A stretch of 64,000 nt of DNA from an uncultured Acidobacteriota bacterium (GTDB lineage: Bacteria; Acidobacteriota; UBA6911). Location: positions 321,661-385,660 of the forward strand of contig CAWJKZ010000021.1 in the NCBI GenBank assembly GCA_963843575.1. The letters are read 5' to 3'. This document shows, piece by piece, positions 1-10,268 of the stretch; positions within the stretch are counted from its first letter, which is position 1, and every line of letters starts with the position of its first letter. Position numbers and translations under genes: made by a program. The notes below the pieces were generated by a model. It was given only the letters and a program-made list of their open reading frames with translations. It did no database searches and was not told the DNA's origin.

Positions 1-564
1 GTGCTCAGCGTCAACTACCGCAGCGGCATAGGCTACGGACGCGCGTTCCGAGAAGCCCCTGGACGCGGACCCCGGGGCGCGTCCGAATACCAGGACGTCG
101 TGGCGGCCGCCCACTACCTGCGCGGCCGCGACGACGTGAACCCGGCGAGGATCGTTCTGTGGGGCGGATCGTACGGAGGCTACCTCACCGCGCTCGGGCT
201 GGCGCGCAACTCCGACCTGTTCGCGGCCGGCGTGGACCTGCACGGCGTGCACGACTGGTCCACGCGCGCCTTCCGAACCTGGGCGGGGACGGAATCGCCC
301 GAGGTCGTCAAAAAAGCGCGCGAAGCCTCGCCGGTCGCTTCAGTCGATAAGTGGACCTCTCCCGTCCTGCTGATCCACGGCGACGACGACCGCAACGTGG
401 ACTTCAGCCAGACCGTTGACCTTGTTCAGAGGCTCCGGGCGCGCAAGGTCGACTTCGAACAGGTTGTGTTCCCCGACGAGGTGCACGACTTCCTGCTGCA
501 CCGCAACTGGCTGGACGCCTTCGCGGCCGCGGCGGAGTTCTTAGACCGGCGCCTGAAAAAATGA
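1..564 (+). CDS. S9 prolyl oligopeptidase-family peptidase, C-terminal part (5' partial)
   Basis: GGSYGG nucleophile motif, LLIHGDDDRNV (Asp) and DEVH (His) catalytic triad pattern. Confidence 0.9.
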   Translation: MLSVNYRSGIGYGRAFREAPGRGPRGASEYQDVVAAAHYLRGRDDVNPARIVLWGGSYGGYLTALGLARNSDLFAAGVDLHGVHDWSTRAFRTWAGTESPEVVKKAREASPVASVDKWTSPVLLIHGDDDRNVDFSQTVDLVQRLRARKVDFEQVVFPDEVHDFLLHRNWLDAFAAAAEFLDRRLKK

Positions 565-569
565 GCGAT

Positions 570-642
570 GTGGGCCGCGGCGGCTCGCCGCGGCCCCCGG
601 GCGGCAGGATTTTGAGGGCCGCGTCGAGCCGGCGCGGCCCAC
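570..642. repeat. GC-rich inverted repeat (REP-like doublet or bidirectional terminator) between convergent genes
   Basis: gtgggccgcggcggctcg...cgagccggcgcggcccac arms. Confidence 0.6.
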
Positions 643-652
643 TGCCGCCGGC

Positions 653-1894
653 CTACAGCACCTCGGTGCCGCGCCCCTGCTGGATCAGCGAGATGTAAGT
701 TTCCAGCTCCCTGTTTGTGGCAGGTTCCGTCAGGTCGATCGTGCGCCGGCGCTCGGCCGCCATGTACGCCGCCGAAATCAGCCGAGTGATCTCAACGCCG
801 TAACTCCAGGGCAGGAACCCGTTGCGGCCGGACCGGAAGGCACGGATCGCGTCCTCCATCTCGTCCGGGTATCCGTACAGGTCCGTCTCGTTGTACTGGA
901 CCGCGAGCAGCCCGCGGGTCGCGGTCGATTTTTCCAATGCGACCTCGGCGTTGGCGACGGCGTTTGCGGCCGAGTCCCCGATGAAGATGCTCAGGGGAGA
1001 GATCAGGGTGTTGAGTTCAAAGGCGTACCCCGGGCCCGTGCCGTCCATGAACAACCGCAGCCCCTGTTTCTCGAACATCCAGGAGTTCGTGAACTGCGAT
1101 TTGACTTTTTGCCCGGTTTCGGGATTTCGATAGGTGATCAGGCCGGTGGCGAAGTCCTCCGCTGGATGTTTGGCGTAGTCGACCCCCATGTCCTTGAGCA
1201 GTTTCTCGCGCCAGTAGGGCTGGCCCCACTTGAGCAGGGCCACCTCGGCGGTCACGGTCTGCGGCTCCAGGAACGTGAGCCCCTTGCCCTCCGGAGTCAG
1301 CAGATACCAGCCCACCGCGATGCTGTGGCAGCCCATGTCGCTCATGACGCCCCCTCCCTGGCGCCGTGGGTCCCAGAACCACCCTTCGTGAGGCCCGCCG
1401 TGCTCTTCCGAACTGCGGGTCAGGGACATCGGCCCCATCGTCCTCTGCACGGGGGCGAGTTGCGCCATCTGGGCGCGCACCGGTTTCATGAACAGCTGGT
1501 TCTCAAAATACGCGGTCCGCAGATTGGCGCTGTCGGCAAGCTCCGCCAGACGGCGCGCCTCCGCGACGGTGCGGCCGAGCGGCTTTTCGCAGATGACCCC
1601 TTTGAGTTCGGCGCCCGACCGGACCGCGGCCGCGATCTCCTCGACGATGGCGATGCGCGTGTAGTTGGGGGCGAAAATCGCAAGCGCGTCGACCTGTTGC
1701 GCCAGTTCGCCGACGGTGTCGTAGACGACCGGTTGACCCAGGCCGTAATCGCTCACCAGGGCGCACAGCGATTCCGCGCCGCGCAACGCCGTAACGCCAC
1801 TCACTTCTATGCCGCGCACCTGTTTCATGGCGGCCACCTGAAAACGCGCGATAAATCCTGCTCCTATGATTCCCAGCCTGAATGGTGCAGCCAT
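653..1894 (-). CDS. Gfo/Idh/MocA family oxidoreductase
   Basis: GIIGAGFIA Rossmann motif, CEKP motif, GGGVMSDMGCH. Confidence 0.9.
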   Translation of the reverse strand: MAAPFRLGIIGAGFIARFQVAAMKQVRGIEVSGVTALRGAESLCALVSDYGLGQPVVYDTVGELAQQVDALAIFAPNYTRIAIVEEIAAAVRSGAELKGVICEKPLGRTVAEARRLAELADSANLRTAYFENQLFMKPVRAQMAQLAPVQRTMGPMSLTRSSEEHGGPHEGWFWDPRRQGGGVMSDMGCHSIAVGWYLLTPEGKGLTFLEPQTVTAEVALLKWGQPYWREKLLKDMGVDYAKHPAEDFATGLITYRNPETGQKVKSQFTNSWMFEKQGLRLFMDGTGPGYAFELNTLISPLSIFIGDSAANAVANAEVALEKSTATRGLLAVQYNETDLYGYPDEMEDAIRAFRSGRNGFLPWSYGVEITRLISAAYMAAERRRTIDLTEPATNRELETYISLIQQGRGTEVL

Positions 1895-2014
1895 ATCTTC
1901 CTCCCGAAGATCGTTTCCGAAGCGAAACGGGGTGAAGCTATCAGAGGCACGCGGCGGCCGTCAATGGAGAGGGGCCTGGGCCGGTGGTATATTTCGCAAG
2001 AGGGGGTTCGCGGG

Positions 2015-2413
2015 ATGCGATTCGCCGTTTTAATCTGGATGCTGCTTGCGGTTGCCGAGCAGGACGCCGCGCTCCAGGGACGTCTGGTGGTGGAGCCGGG
2101 GAAGTCGCCGGTCTTAGAAAGCGGCGGCAAGCCTGTCCCGCTGACAAGCGTGCGCCGCTCCGTCCGCGAGACGCTGCAGGACAGCAGGATTTCAGGCAAG
2201 GAACTGCGGGTGATCGGCCGCTCGAAGCCGGACGGGTCGTTCGAAGTCGACGAGTTCTACGTCGTGCGCCCCGACGGGGCCCTATACCGGCTGGTTTACT
2301 TTTGCGACGTGTGCAACATCACCAGATTCGGCCCAGGGAAGTGCGAGTGCTGCCAGCAGCCGACCATCCCCACCGAAATACCCCTCACCGACCCGCGGGT
2401 GCGGAAATACTGA
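2015..2413 (+). CDS. small exported protein with C-terminal CxxC...CxCC metal-binding-like motif
   Basis: ATG at 2015 (in frame with ORF 1109..2413), hydrophobic N-terminus MRFAVLIWMLLAVA, YFCDVC...GKCECC. Confidence 0.65.
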   Translation: MRFAVLIWMLLAVAEQDAALQGRLVVEPGKSPVLESGGKPVPLTSVRRSVRETLQDSRISGKELRVIGRSKPDGSFEVDEFYVVRPDGALYRLVYFCDVCNITRFGPGKCECCQQPTIPTEIPLTDPRVRKY

Positions 2414-2431
2414 ACGATTGTCCGGGCTGAA

Positions 2432-2611
2432 GAGGCTGTCCAACGGTTGATTGTGAAGTGCGGCGGCTCGACGCCGCTTTGGTGGCGGCGCCTCGGCATC
2501 ACCAAAGGCCGAGGTCGCCGGGTCGCATCTCGCAACTCGGCTTGGCGCCGAGGCGCCGCACTCCAGATTACTTCAGTTCGTCCGGATTGAACGTCAACGT
2601 TGGACAGCCTC
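2432..2611. mobile_element. 180-bp MITE-like element, 14-bp TIR GAGGCTGTCCAACG, 4-bp TSD TGAA, inserted in a REP palindrome and carrying a REP doublet
   Basis: TIRs at 2432-2445 and 2598-2611; TGAA at 2428-2431 and 2612-2615. Confidence 0.75.
2455..2565. repeat. REP-like doublet, family B (G[GA]AGTGCGGCGGCTCGACGCCGCTTT type)
   Basis: Related units at 52192-52297 and 57854-57967. Confidence 0.7.
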
Positions 2612-2647
2612 TGAAGGCCGGAACCACCTGAGTCACTTGAGGTCCGC

Positions 2648-5176
2648 TCAGTTGTCGCGCAGGATTTCGAGCGGGCGGTGTTTGAGGACGCCGCGGCTGG
2701 CGAGCCAGCCCGTGACCATGGCGAGGGCCGCGGTGCCGGCCATGCCCGCCAGCAGGGGCGCCCAGCGGAACTCGAACTCCGTGTCGAGCAGCTTGCCGAG
2801 CAGGTAGTAGGCGGCGGCGGAAGCCAGCAGCGCGCCGATCAGGCCGGCCACCGTCCCCACGATCAGGAATTCGGCTGCGTGAATCCGCGCCACCTGCGAC
2901 CGTGTTGCGCCCAGCGCCTTGAGCAGCACTGCCTCCCGGATCCTCTGGTAACGCGTCGACGCGACGCTGGAAGCAAGGATGATCACCCCGGCCACGATGG
3001 CGAACAGCGCCACAAACCGTATGACGGCGGCGATCTTGTCGAGAATACCCTGCACCCTCGACAGGATCTGCCCGACATCGATTGAGGTGACGGCGGGGAA
3101 GCGTGAGAACAGGGCGTTCTGCACCGCGACCACCGCCGCAGGACGCACCCGCAGTGCGCCGACGTACGAGGCGGGCAGCCCCTCCAGGGACCCGGGCGAG
3201 AAGATGAATTGATTGCTCGTGCCAGGCCGGGCGAACTCCGCATCCCGGATGTTGGCCACGGTGCCGCGGATGGTCTGGCCGCTCGACTCGAACTCGAGGG
3301 TGCTGCCGACGCGGATCCTGAGGTGGTTTGCCGCGTATTGGCCGACGGAGATCAGCGGGGTGCCGAAGGGGGCGCGCCACCACTTTCCCTCGACGATGCG
3401 GGTGTCCGGCGGCTGGTCCTCCGCCCACGTCAGCACGAACTCGATGCGGAAGTAGCGACGGTCGGGCGGATCCAGGGCGAGCTCGTCGGCCGTGCTGCCG
3501 TTGAGCCGCTGCAGGCGCGCCGGGATCGCGGGGATCGGCTCGCCGGGGTCCACCACCCCGGGCTGGGTTCGGACGAAGCTCCACAGCGGCGCGCGGTCGC
3601 GCTCGGTTATCCCCAGGATGAAGAAATTCGGGAAGTTGGCCGGTGCGCTCCTCACGATCTGGGAGAGCAGGGAAGTCTGGATCAGGTAGATCGTCAATAC
3701 GAAGGCGACCCCGATGCCGAGCGAGACCAGGATGGCGCCCACATGACTGCCCGGCCGGTAGAGGTTCCTCAGCCCGTGGCGCAAGACGAGCGAGCGGGGG
3801 CGGGGCACGCGCCTGAGAAGCACCATCAGGAGCTTGGCCGCGAGCGCCAGGACGACGACGGCGGCGGCCAGCCCGCCTATGAAGACAAAGCCGCGCACCC
3901 ACGAACCGGCGAGCCAGCTCGCCAGCGTCCCGACCCCAGCCAGAAGCGCAATCGACGAGACGAGCGGCGCGGGATCGTGCCACAGCCGGCGAAGCGTGGA
4001 ATAGTGCGTCTCGGGCATCTCCCTGAGGAAAACGCGCGCGGGGCGGATCTTGCGCAACGCCAGCAGCGGCGGCAGCAGAAACAGCAGGGTGGTGGCCACC
4101 CCGATCAGGAAGGCCTGCGCCGCGACGCTGGGCGCGAGCTCCAGCCTCGTGGGCAGGTCCACCAGGCCCTGGAGCAGCGGCGGGAAGAGCCGCTGGATGA
4201 CGTAGCCCAGCCCCACCCCCAGCAGACTCCCCGCGATGCCGAGCGCAAGGCCCTGGATAAGGTAGATCCGGATGATCTGCCGGGAGCGGCCGCCGAGCGA
4301 TTTCAGTATCGCGATCGTGTCGAGCTTCTGCTGCAGGTAGGTGTGAACGCTCGTCGCCACCCCGAGGCCGCCCACGAGCAGCGACATCAGCCCGACAAGG
4401 CTCAGGAAATTCCCCATGCGCTCGAGCCCCTGCGACACGGACGGATTGGGGGAGCGGTAGTCCGAGATCCGGGCGCGCCGCTCCAGCGCCGTGCGCAGGG
4501 TGGCCCGGGCCCCCTCGAGCCCAATGTCGGGGGTGAGCCGGAACAGGAAGGTCTCCGACGCGCGGCTGCCGAACTGGATGAGGTGGCTGCGCTCGAGGCC
4601 GCCGCGCGTGATCAGGATGCGCGGGCCGAGTTCCACCCCTGACGCGATGCGGTCCGGCTCGCCCGTCAGCACGGCGGCGAGACGAAAACGGCCGTCCCCG
4701 ATCTGGATCGTGCTGCCGAGCGAAGCGCCTGTCCGGACGAGCAGTTCCCTGGTAGCGATCGCGGCGTCGTCGGTCAGGACGGCGGACAGCGCCGCCGGCG
4801 GTTCAAGTTCGACGGTGCCGTAGAAAGGGTACATGAGGGGATCGATCGCCCTGACGGTCGAGAGCACAGGCTGAGCCGCGCCCGCGAGGGAGGCCATCGA
4901 GAGCGTCTCGGTGATGCGCGTCATCGCGGCGCCGCGCTGCTCGAGCTCCCTCAGGGTCCGCAGCTCCGCGTCGTTCGGGGCCGAGTTCATCCGTACCGCG
5001 AGATCGGCGGCGATCAGTTCGCGCGCCGACCGCGCCATGGAGCTGTCGAGCGCCCGGCTGAAGCCCTTTATGCCGCTGACGGCGCCGACTCCCAGCGCGA
5101 TGGCCAGCACCATGAAACCGAAACGCCGGAGCGCGGGCCGGATTTCGCGCCAGGCCATGCGGAGCTCAAACCCCAT
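2648..5176 (-). CDS. ybbP: FtsX-like (YbbP-type) ABC transporter permease
   Basis: 842 aa with two FtsX-type TM modules (IAILKSLGG, LLKALGATRSQV); adjacent ATPase and arylesterase. Confidence 0.85.
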   Translation of the reverse strand: MGFELRMAWREIRPALRRFGFMVLAIALGVGAVSGIKGFSRALDSSMARSARELIAADLAVRMNSAPNDAELRTLRELEQRGAAMTRITETLSMASLAGAAQPVLSTVRAIDPLMYPFYGTVELEPPAALSAVLTDDAAIATRELLVRTGASLGSTIQIGDGRFRLAAVLTGEPDRIASGVELGPRILITRGGLERSHLIQFGSRASETFLFRLTPDIGLEGARATLRTALERRARISDYRSPNPSVSQGLERMGNFLSLVGLMSLLVGGLGVATSVHTYLQQKLDTIAILKSLGGRSRQIIRIYLIQGLALGIAGSLLGVGLGYVIQRLFPPLLQGLVDLPTRLELAPSVAAQAFLIGVATTLLFLLPPLLALRKIRPARVFLREMPETHYSTLRRLWHDPAPLVSSIALLAGVGTLASWLAGSWVRGFVFIGGLAAAVVVLALAAKLLMVLLRRVPRPRSLVLRHGLRNLYRPGSHVGAILVSLGIGVAFVLTIYLIQTSLLSQIVRSAPANFPNFFILGITERDRAPLWSFVRTQPGVVDPGEPIPAIPARLQRLNGSTADELALDPPDRRYFRIEFVLTWAEDQPPDTRIVEGKWWRAPFGTPLISVGQYAANHLRIRVGSTLEFESSGQTIRGTVANIRDAEFARPGTSNQFIFSPGSLEGLPASYVGALRVRPAAVVAVQNALFSRFPAVTSIDVGQILSRVQGILDKIAAVIRFVALFAIVAGVIILASSVASTRYQRIREAVLLKALGATRSQVARIHAAEFLIVGTVAGLIGALLASAAAYYLLGKLLDTEFEFRWAPLLAGMAGTAALAMVTGWLASRGVLKHRPLEILRDN

Positions 5177-5885
5177 GTTGTCCCACCGTGCCGCCCGGGG
5201 CCGGCGTCGCCGCCGGGAGAACCTCGTCCATGATCTGCCCGTCGCGCAGCCGCACGATCCGGTCGGTGAGCCGGCTCAGCGCGGGATCGTGGGTCACAAT
5301 CACCAGCGTCGTTCCCTGCTGCCGGTTCAGGCTGAGCAGCAGGTCCAGAACGACAGCTCCGGTCGCGCTGTCCAGGTTCCCCGTCGGCTCGTCCGCCAAC
5401 AGGATCGACGGGTTGCCGGCGAAGGCACGCGCCAGGGCGACCCGCTGCTGCTCGCCGCCAGAGAGCTGTGCGGGATAGTGCGAGCGCCTCTCCGCCAGGC
5501 CGACGGCGTCCAGCAGGGCGCCGGCGCGCTCCCTGGCCCCACGGGCTTCGCCTCGCAACTCCATCGGCAGCATCACGTTCTCTTCGGCCGTGAGCGTCGG
5601 GATCAGGTTGTAGGATTGGAACACGAAGCCGATCTTGCGGCCCCGCAGCAGGGCCAGCTGGTCCTCGCTCATGGCCGAGATCTCCTCGCCGTCGAGCTTG
5701 ATCGATCCACCCGTCGGTGCATCCAGGCCGGCGAGCAGGCCGAGCAGCGTGCTCTTGCCGCTGCCGGACGGTCCCTCGATGGCGACCACTTCCTTCGCGC
5801 GCACCGTTAGATCTATGCCCCGCAGGATCTGCACCTCGTGCGCACCCGAAACAAGAGTCTTGGAGAGATTCCTGACCTCGATCAT
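5166..5885 (-). CDS. ybbA: ABC transporter ATP-binding protein (YbbA/LolD-like)
   Basis: GPSGSGKST, LSGGEQQRV, LLADEPTGNLD. Confidence 0.9.
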   Translation of the reverse strand: MIEVRNLSKTLVSGAHEVQILRGIDLTVRAKEVVAIEGPSGSGKSTLLGLLAGLDAPTGGSIKLDGEEISAMSEDQLALLRGRKIGFVFQSYNLIPTLTAEENVMLPMELRGEARGARERAGALLDAVGLAERRSHYPAQLSGGEQQRVALARAFAGNPSILLADEPTGNLDSATGAVVLDLLLSLNRQQGTTLVIVTHDPALSRLTDRIVRLRDGQIMDEVLPAATPAPGGTVGQHGV

Positions 5886-5944
5886 CCGATGTTCTCCAGG
5901 GTGAATCTGTAATAATAGCACCAGTCAATCGGGTCCTGGCTTCA

Positions 5945-6369
5945 GAGGCTGTCCAACGATCGCGCATTGGCCACATAAACTTCGTGCCCCAGCCCCTTCA
6001 GCAGTTCATCTGTCCAGGGCGAATGCGTCCCAACCTCGAGCGCCACCCGCGACCTCGGTATGAATCTGAAGTACGCCTCAAACTCCCCTGTCGTCGTCTC
6101 CAGTTGCCCCGCTGCCGCTATCTCGCCCCTGTCGTCCAGAATGCAGTAATGCGTCTGCCGATCACCCAGGTCCAATCCGATGTAGTACCCAGCCCCCTCC
6201 TTCCCGTTCCCCGAGTCCCCCAGCTTCTGCAACAATCGTGCTACCGCCGGTCGCATCAACTTCAATGCCCTCTCGGACTGCTGCTTGCTGTCGTTCCTCT
6301 TAACGCTTCCCTTTGTTCCCTGAACCTTGATAGTCTTCTCATCTCCACAATCAACCGTTGGACAGCCTC
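5945..6369 (-). mobile_element. IR-bounded element containing a truncated IS110-family transposase N-terminal (DEDD) fragment
   Basis: GAGGCTGTCCAACG at 5945 and its reverse complement ending at 6369; translation YYIGLDLGD...VALEVGTHSPW...GHEVYVANAR ends at the IR. Confidence 0.8.
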
Positions 6370-6438
6370 TGAAGGCCGGACCCACTAGGTCTTGACCGGT
6401 CTGCAGTACTGTACCTAAAGTTGGAGCCGGGGGACGAC

Positions 6439-7161
6439 GTGCGGAAAAGAAGATGTGGGGCTGCGTGGTGGGCGGCGGCGGTGCTGGTCGCCGCGGCGTG
6501 GTGGGCGGCGGCGGGGTGCGGCACCGGCACGACGGAGCCGGCGGAGCAACCCCGGAAGGAAACGGCAGCCGGCGGGCAGGCCCGGCCGAAACCTGATGCG
6601 GACGATCGCCCGCTCATCGTCGCGCTGGGGGATAGCCTGACCGCCGGCCTTGGGGTGGACCCGTCCGGCAGCTACCCCTCGAGGCTTCAGGCCAAACTGG
6701 ACGCGGCAGGCTACCGGTATCGCGTGGTGAACGCCGGGGTCAGCGGCGACACCTCGGCTCAGGGAGTGAACCGGCTCGGGGCCGTGCGTGCGCTCAAGCC
6801 GAGGATCGTCGTCGTGGCACTGGGCGCCAACGACGGCCTGCGCGGCATCCCGGTGGCGAGCACGCGCCAGAACCTGGACGAGATTATCTCCACCCTTAAA
6901 CAGGACGGCGCCAGTGTGCTGCTCGCCGGAATCGAGCTGCCGCCGAACTACGGGCCACAGTATACCGGCGCCTTCCGCCAGATGTATGCGGCGCTCGCCA
7001 GGCAGTACCGCGTCGCCTTTCTGCCGTTTCTGCTGGAGGGTGTGGGCGGCCACGCGGAGTTGAACCAGTCCGACGGCGTCCACCCGACCGCTCAAGGGTA
7101 CGAGATCGTCGCCGAAAACGTCTGGAAGGTCCTCAGACCCATGCTGGGCCGCCCGTCCTGA
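6439..7161 (+). CDS. tesA: GDSL arylesterase/acyl-CoA thioesterase (TesA-like), probable lipoprotein
   Basis: GDSLTAG, NAGVSGDT, GAND, DGVHP blocks; AAAGC lipobox-like; start codon uncertain. Confidence 0.85.
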   Translation: MRKRRCGAAWWAAAVLVAAAWWAAAGCGTGTTEPAEQPRKETAAGGQARPKPDADDRPLIVALGDSLTAGLGVDPSGSYPSRLQAKLDAAGYRYRVVNAGVSGDTSAQGVNRLGAVRALKPRIVVVALGANDGLRGIPVASTRQNLDEIISTLKQDGASVLLAGIELPPNYGPQYTGAFRQMYAALARQYRVAFLPFLLEGVGGHAELNQSDGVHPTAQGYEIVAENVWKVLRPMLGRPS

Positions 7162-7207
7162 ACGGGTTGGCTAACACCCCGCCGCTTTGCCTGCCGGCGC
7201 GGCGTGT

Positions 7208-7895
7208 TCAGCTCAGCTTCTTCGGGCTGACTTTGTTCAGTTCGTTCAGCAGGATCTGAACGTCTTTCGGCGGGTTCTCGGTCGGTTTGAGGAGAAGGTC
7301 GCGCGGCGCCGTCTCTTTGCCGTAAAGGACGAAGTTCGCGTCGTTGTCCGGACGAATCGCCTCCCCCTTGAGCGTGAGGCCGCCAAACAGGCCGCGGCTG
7401 CGCGAGTACGCCAGGATTTTCGCCGTCAGCCAGGCGTCGGTCTGCGCTGCCGCCGTCCGCCCGACGGGCCCTGCGGCCACCGACGCATCCCCGCCCAGGG
7501 TGAACTTGCTGTCCAGCAGGCTGTCGAGGCCCGTTGATGTTCATGACGACCAGGACGAGATCTACCGCCTGCGCACCGATCTGCAGTCCGAAACTCCCGC
7601 CGCCGAGCAGCAGCATGGACGGAGCGCTCCAGGGGCCCTCACCAAGGTTGGTCCTGCACGTGATCAGGCCCTTGCCGTAGTTGCCGCCGATCATGAAACC
7701 GCCTTTTTTCATCGACGGGATCACGGCGACACAGATGCACCTGTCCAGCAGGTCCTGCGGAATCCCGCTTTCGCGGATCCCCATGATCTCCCGCAGCACG
7801 ACCGCCGACTTGACCACCCGGTCGCCCACCTCGCTGCCCAGCGCCGTCGAACACAACAGACTGCCTGCCACCGCCAGAAGCCACAGCCGCTTCAT
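7208..7895 (-). CDS. lipid-binding SYLF (Ysc84) domain protein, apparent +1 frameshift near 7530
   Basis: GGSFGLQIGAQAVDLVLVVMN, then in another frame AAGPVGR...ILAYSRSRGLFGGLTL; removing one base joins them. Confidence 0.8.
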
Positions 7896-8293
7896 AAACG
7901 CCCCTCCCCGAAACCGGTTCCGTCCAATTGTCCGTGAGAATGTCAAGAGTACCACACTCATAGATGTCATAGCCCCCGGGTTGGTCTTAACATCTGCCCC
8001 AAAAATCGCTTCCAAGACCTGCGAGTTGTCCGGGTAGGACAGGAATTTCCGGGCAGGGGATCATCGCGCGAGAGTTGAGAACATCGAGGCTTAGAGGTTG
8101 GCAACACCAAAGGCTCACCTTCAAGACTGGAAGAACTCAAAGAATCTCGAACAGATTAACGAAGCTGGATTTCATAATCGTAAATGTGCTAAAAATTCAG
8201 CCGCAGCGGCTTCGTTCGGGTGGCGGGGCTCTGCCGTGCTCGGGTAAGGCGTCTCTGCCTGTCTGCGGCTGTAAGTCTGGGGGAGGGTGTTGG

Positions 8294-9310
8294 ATGAGGA
8301 CGATCAGCAAGGCCAAATCGTATCTGCGCGAATTCCGCTTCCTGGCCAGGGGGCTGCTGTCGACGGATCACCCTGTACTCGCGCACGTGATCCCGATGCG
8401 GCGCTGCAACCTCACCTGCGGCTACTGCAACGAGTACGACCGGGTTTCCCCGCCGGTGCCGCTCGAGACCATGTACCGGCGTCTGGACAAGCTGGCTCGG
8501 CTCGGCACTGCAGCCGTGATCATTAGCGGCGGCGAGCCGCTGCTGCACCCGGAGCTGGACCGGATCATTGCGCGGGTCCGACACCACGGGATGCTGGCGG
8601 CCCTGATTTCGAACTGCTACCTCCTGACGCACGACCGCATCCGGGACCTGAACCGTGCCGGGCTCGAGTACCTGCAGGTCAGCATCGACAACGTCACCCC
8701 GGACGAGGTGTCCAAAAAGAGCCTCAAGCTGCTCGACCAGAAACTCGGCTGGCTCTCGGAGCTCGCCGAGTTCAAGGTGAACGTGAACTCCGTCATCGGC
8801 GGCGGCATACGCACCCCCGAGGACGCGCTGACGATAGGGGCCCGGGCCGTGGAGCTGGGCTTCAGCGCGTCGCTCGGGATCATCCACGACCAGTCGGGCA
8901 CCCTCAAGCCGCTGACAGGGGTGGAGCGCGAGATTTACATCAAGATGAAGAAGTTCGGCAAGCGGGGCTACACGCGCCTCAACTACTTCCAGGATCGCCT
9001 GGTCGACGGCAAGCCGAACGGCTGGCGGTGCCGGGCAGGGGCGCGCTACCTATACGTCTGCGAGGACGGCCTCGTGCACTACTGCTCGCAGCAGAGGGGT
9101 TATCCGGGGATCCCGCTGGAGAAATACACCGTCGAGGACATCCGGCGCGAGTATCGGACGAAAAAGGCGTGCGCCGACTACTGCACCATCGCGTGCGTGC
9201 ACCAGGTGGCCACCTTCGATTTCTGGCGGGATCCGCAGAATGTCGCCATCAAGGGCACCGTGCGCGAGGAGGCCGTGCACGCCATTCAAATGCTCTGCCA
9301 GATCGAGTAG
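8294..9310 (+). CDS. radical SAM protein with C-terminal Cys-rich (twitch/SPASM-like) extension
   Basis: [20 protein letters not shown]...YCSQ...CADYCTIAC. Confidence 0.88.
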   Translation: MRTISKAKSYLREFRFLARGLLSTDHPVLAHVIPMRRCNLTCGYCNEYDRVSPPVPLETMYRRLDKLARLGTAAVIISGGEPLLHPELDRIIARVRHHGMLAALISNCYLLTHDRIRDLNRAGLEYLQVSIDNVTPDEVSKKSLKLLDQKLGWLSELAEFKVNVNSVIGGGIRTPEDALTIGARAVELGFSASLGIIHDQSGTLKPLTGVEREIYIKMKKFGKRGYTRLNYFQDRLVDGKPNGWRCRAGARYLYVCEDGLVHYCSQQRGYPGIPLEKYTVEDIRREYRTKKACADYCTIACVHQVATFDFWRDPQNVAIKGTVREEAVHAIQMLCQIE

Positions 9311-9404
9311 GGAAGTCGGAGGGCGATTGATCTTCGGGGTTCTTCGATGCCTTTACAGCCTTCGAGGGGAAGAATCCCGGGCCCGTCGCCCGTTCGCGCG
9401 CAGC

Positions 9405-10268
9405 TCACCGGCGCGGGGCGTTGTTGCGGATGGTGACCAGGACCGACTCGAGTGATTCTTTCGGGGTGGAGCGGATGTAGCCGCTGACCCCGGGGATGAA
9501 CTTCACCAGGGTGGGGATGTCGCGGCTGAGGCTGGCCGACTCGCATTCGACGATCACGCCTTCGGCTGTCTGCTCGAACCTCCACCAGCTCACGAGCCGC
9601 CACAGGAAACCCCGGTCGTTGCCGGGGGGCCTCTCGCGTTCCTGGGGCGTTCCGGCTTTCTCCACCTCGGCGATCCGGGTCGCGACGCTGCGGCTCGATA
9701 CCCTGGAGGGGCTGTGCCGCGTGTAGAGACACTCCTGCTCGCTGTTGTAGTAGGCGGTGACGAGCGCCTTTGTCCGCCTCAGCCTGAAGAAGAACTTGAA
9801 GGCGTCGCCCTGCCGGGACAGGAGCTTCGACTTCTCGACGTCGGAGAATTTCCCCGCGTGGTGCTCGTAGTCCTGGAGGAACACAAGAAGTTCGGGCAAC
9901 TTCGCGTTCGGGATCAGGATCGCGCCCCACCAGTGGTGTATTTCGCCGTCTGGCACTTCGAATTTCTGTCCGGCGGGCACGACGGACGGTGCGGGCATGC
10001 GTCGCACGACGACGCCGCCCTTGGCGAGTTCCCGGCGAAGCTCGTCTTTCTCTTTCGGGGCGAGGAAGTCCTCGATGAGAAAGCGGCCGGGGTCTGCCAG
10101 TTCGCGTTCGACCTTCTTGTCCGCCCAGCCGTAATAGCGGTTCCAAGCCTGCTCGGTGGCGGGTGTGAGTACGGCGGCGAGGGCGTCGTATTGGGAAGCC
10201 GGCACGGCGACCGCGAGCGACAGGAAGAGGCACAGGGTCAGCGCGTGGTGTCGGTGTGGTCGCGTCAT
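9405..10268 (-). CDS. hypothetical secreted protein
   Basis: Signal-peptide-like N-terminus; overlaps stop codon of upstream SRPBCC gene. Confidence 0.7.
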   Translation of the reverse strand: MTRPHRHHALTLCLFLSLAVAVPASQYDALAAVLTPATEQAWNRYYGWADKKVERELADPGRFLIEDFLAPKEKDELRRELAKGGVVVRRMPAPSVVPAGQKFEVPDGEIHHWWGAILIPNAKLPELLVFLQDYEHHAGKFSDVEKSKLLSRQGDAFKFFFRLRRTKALVTAYYNSEQECLYTRHSPSRVSSRSVATRIAEVEKAGTPQERERPPGNDRGFLWRLVSWWRFEQTAEGVIVECESASLSRDIPTLVKFIPGVSGYIRSTPKESLESVLVTIRNNAPRR

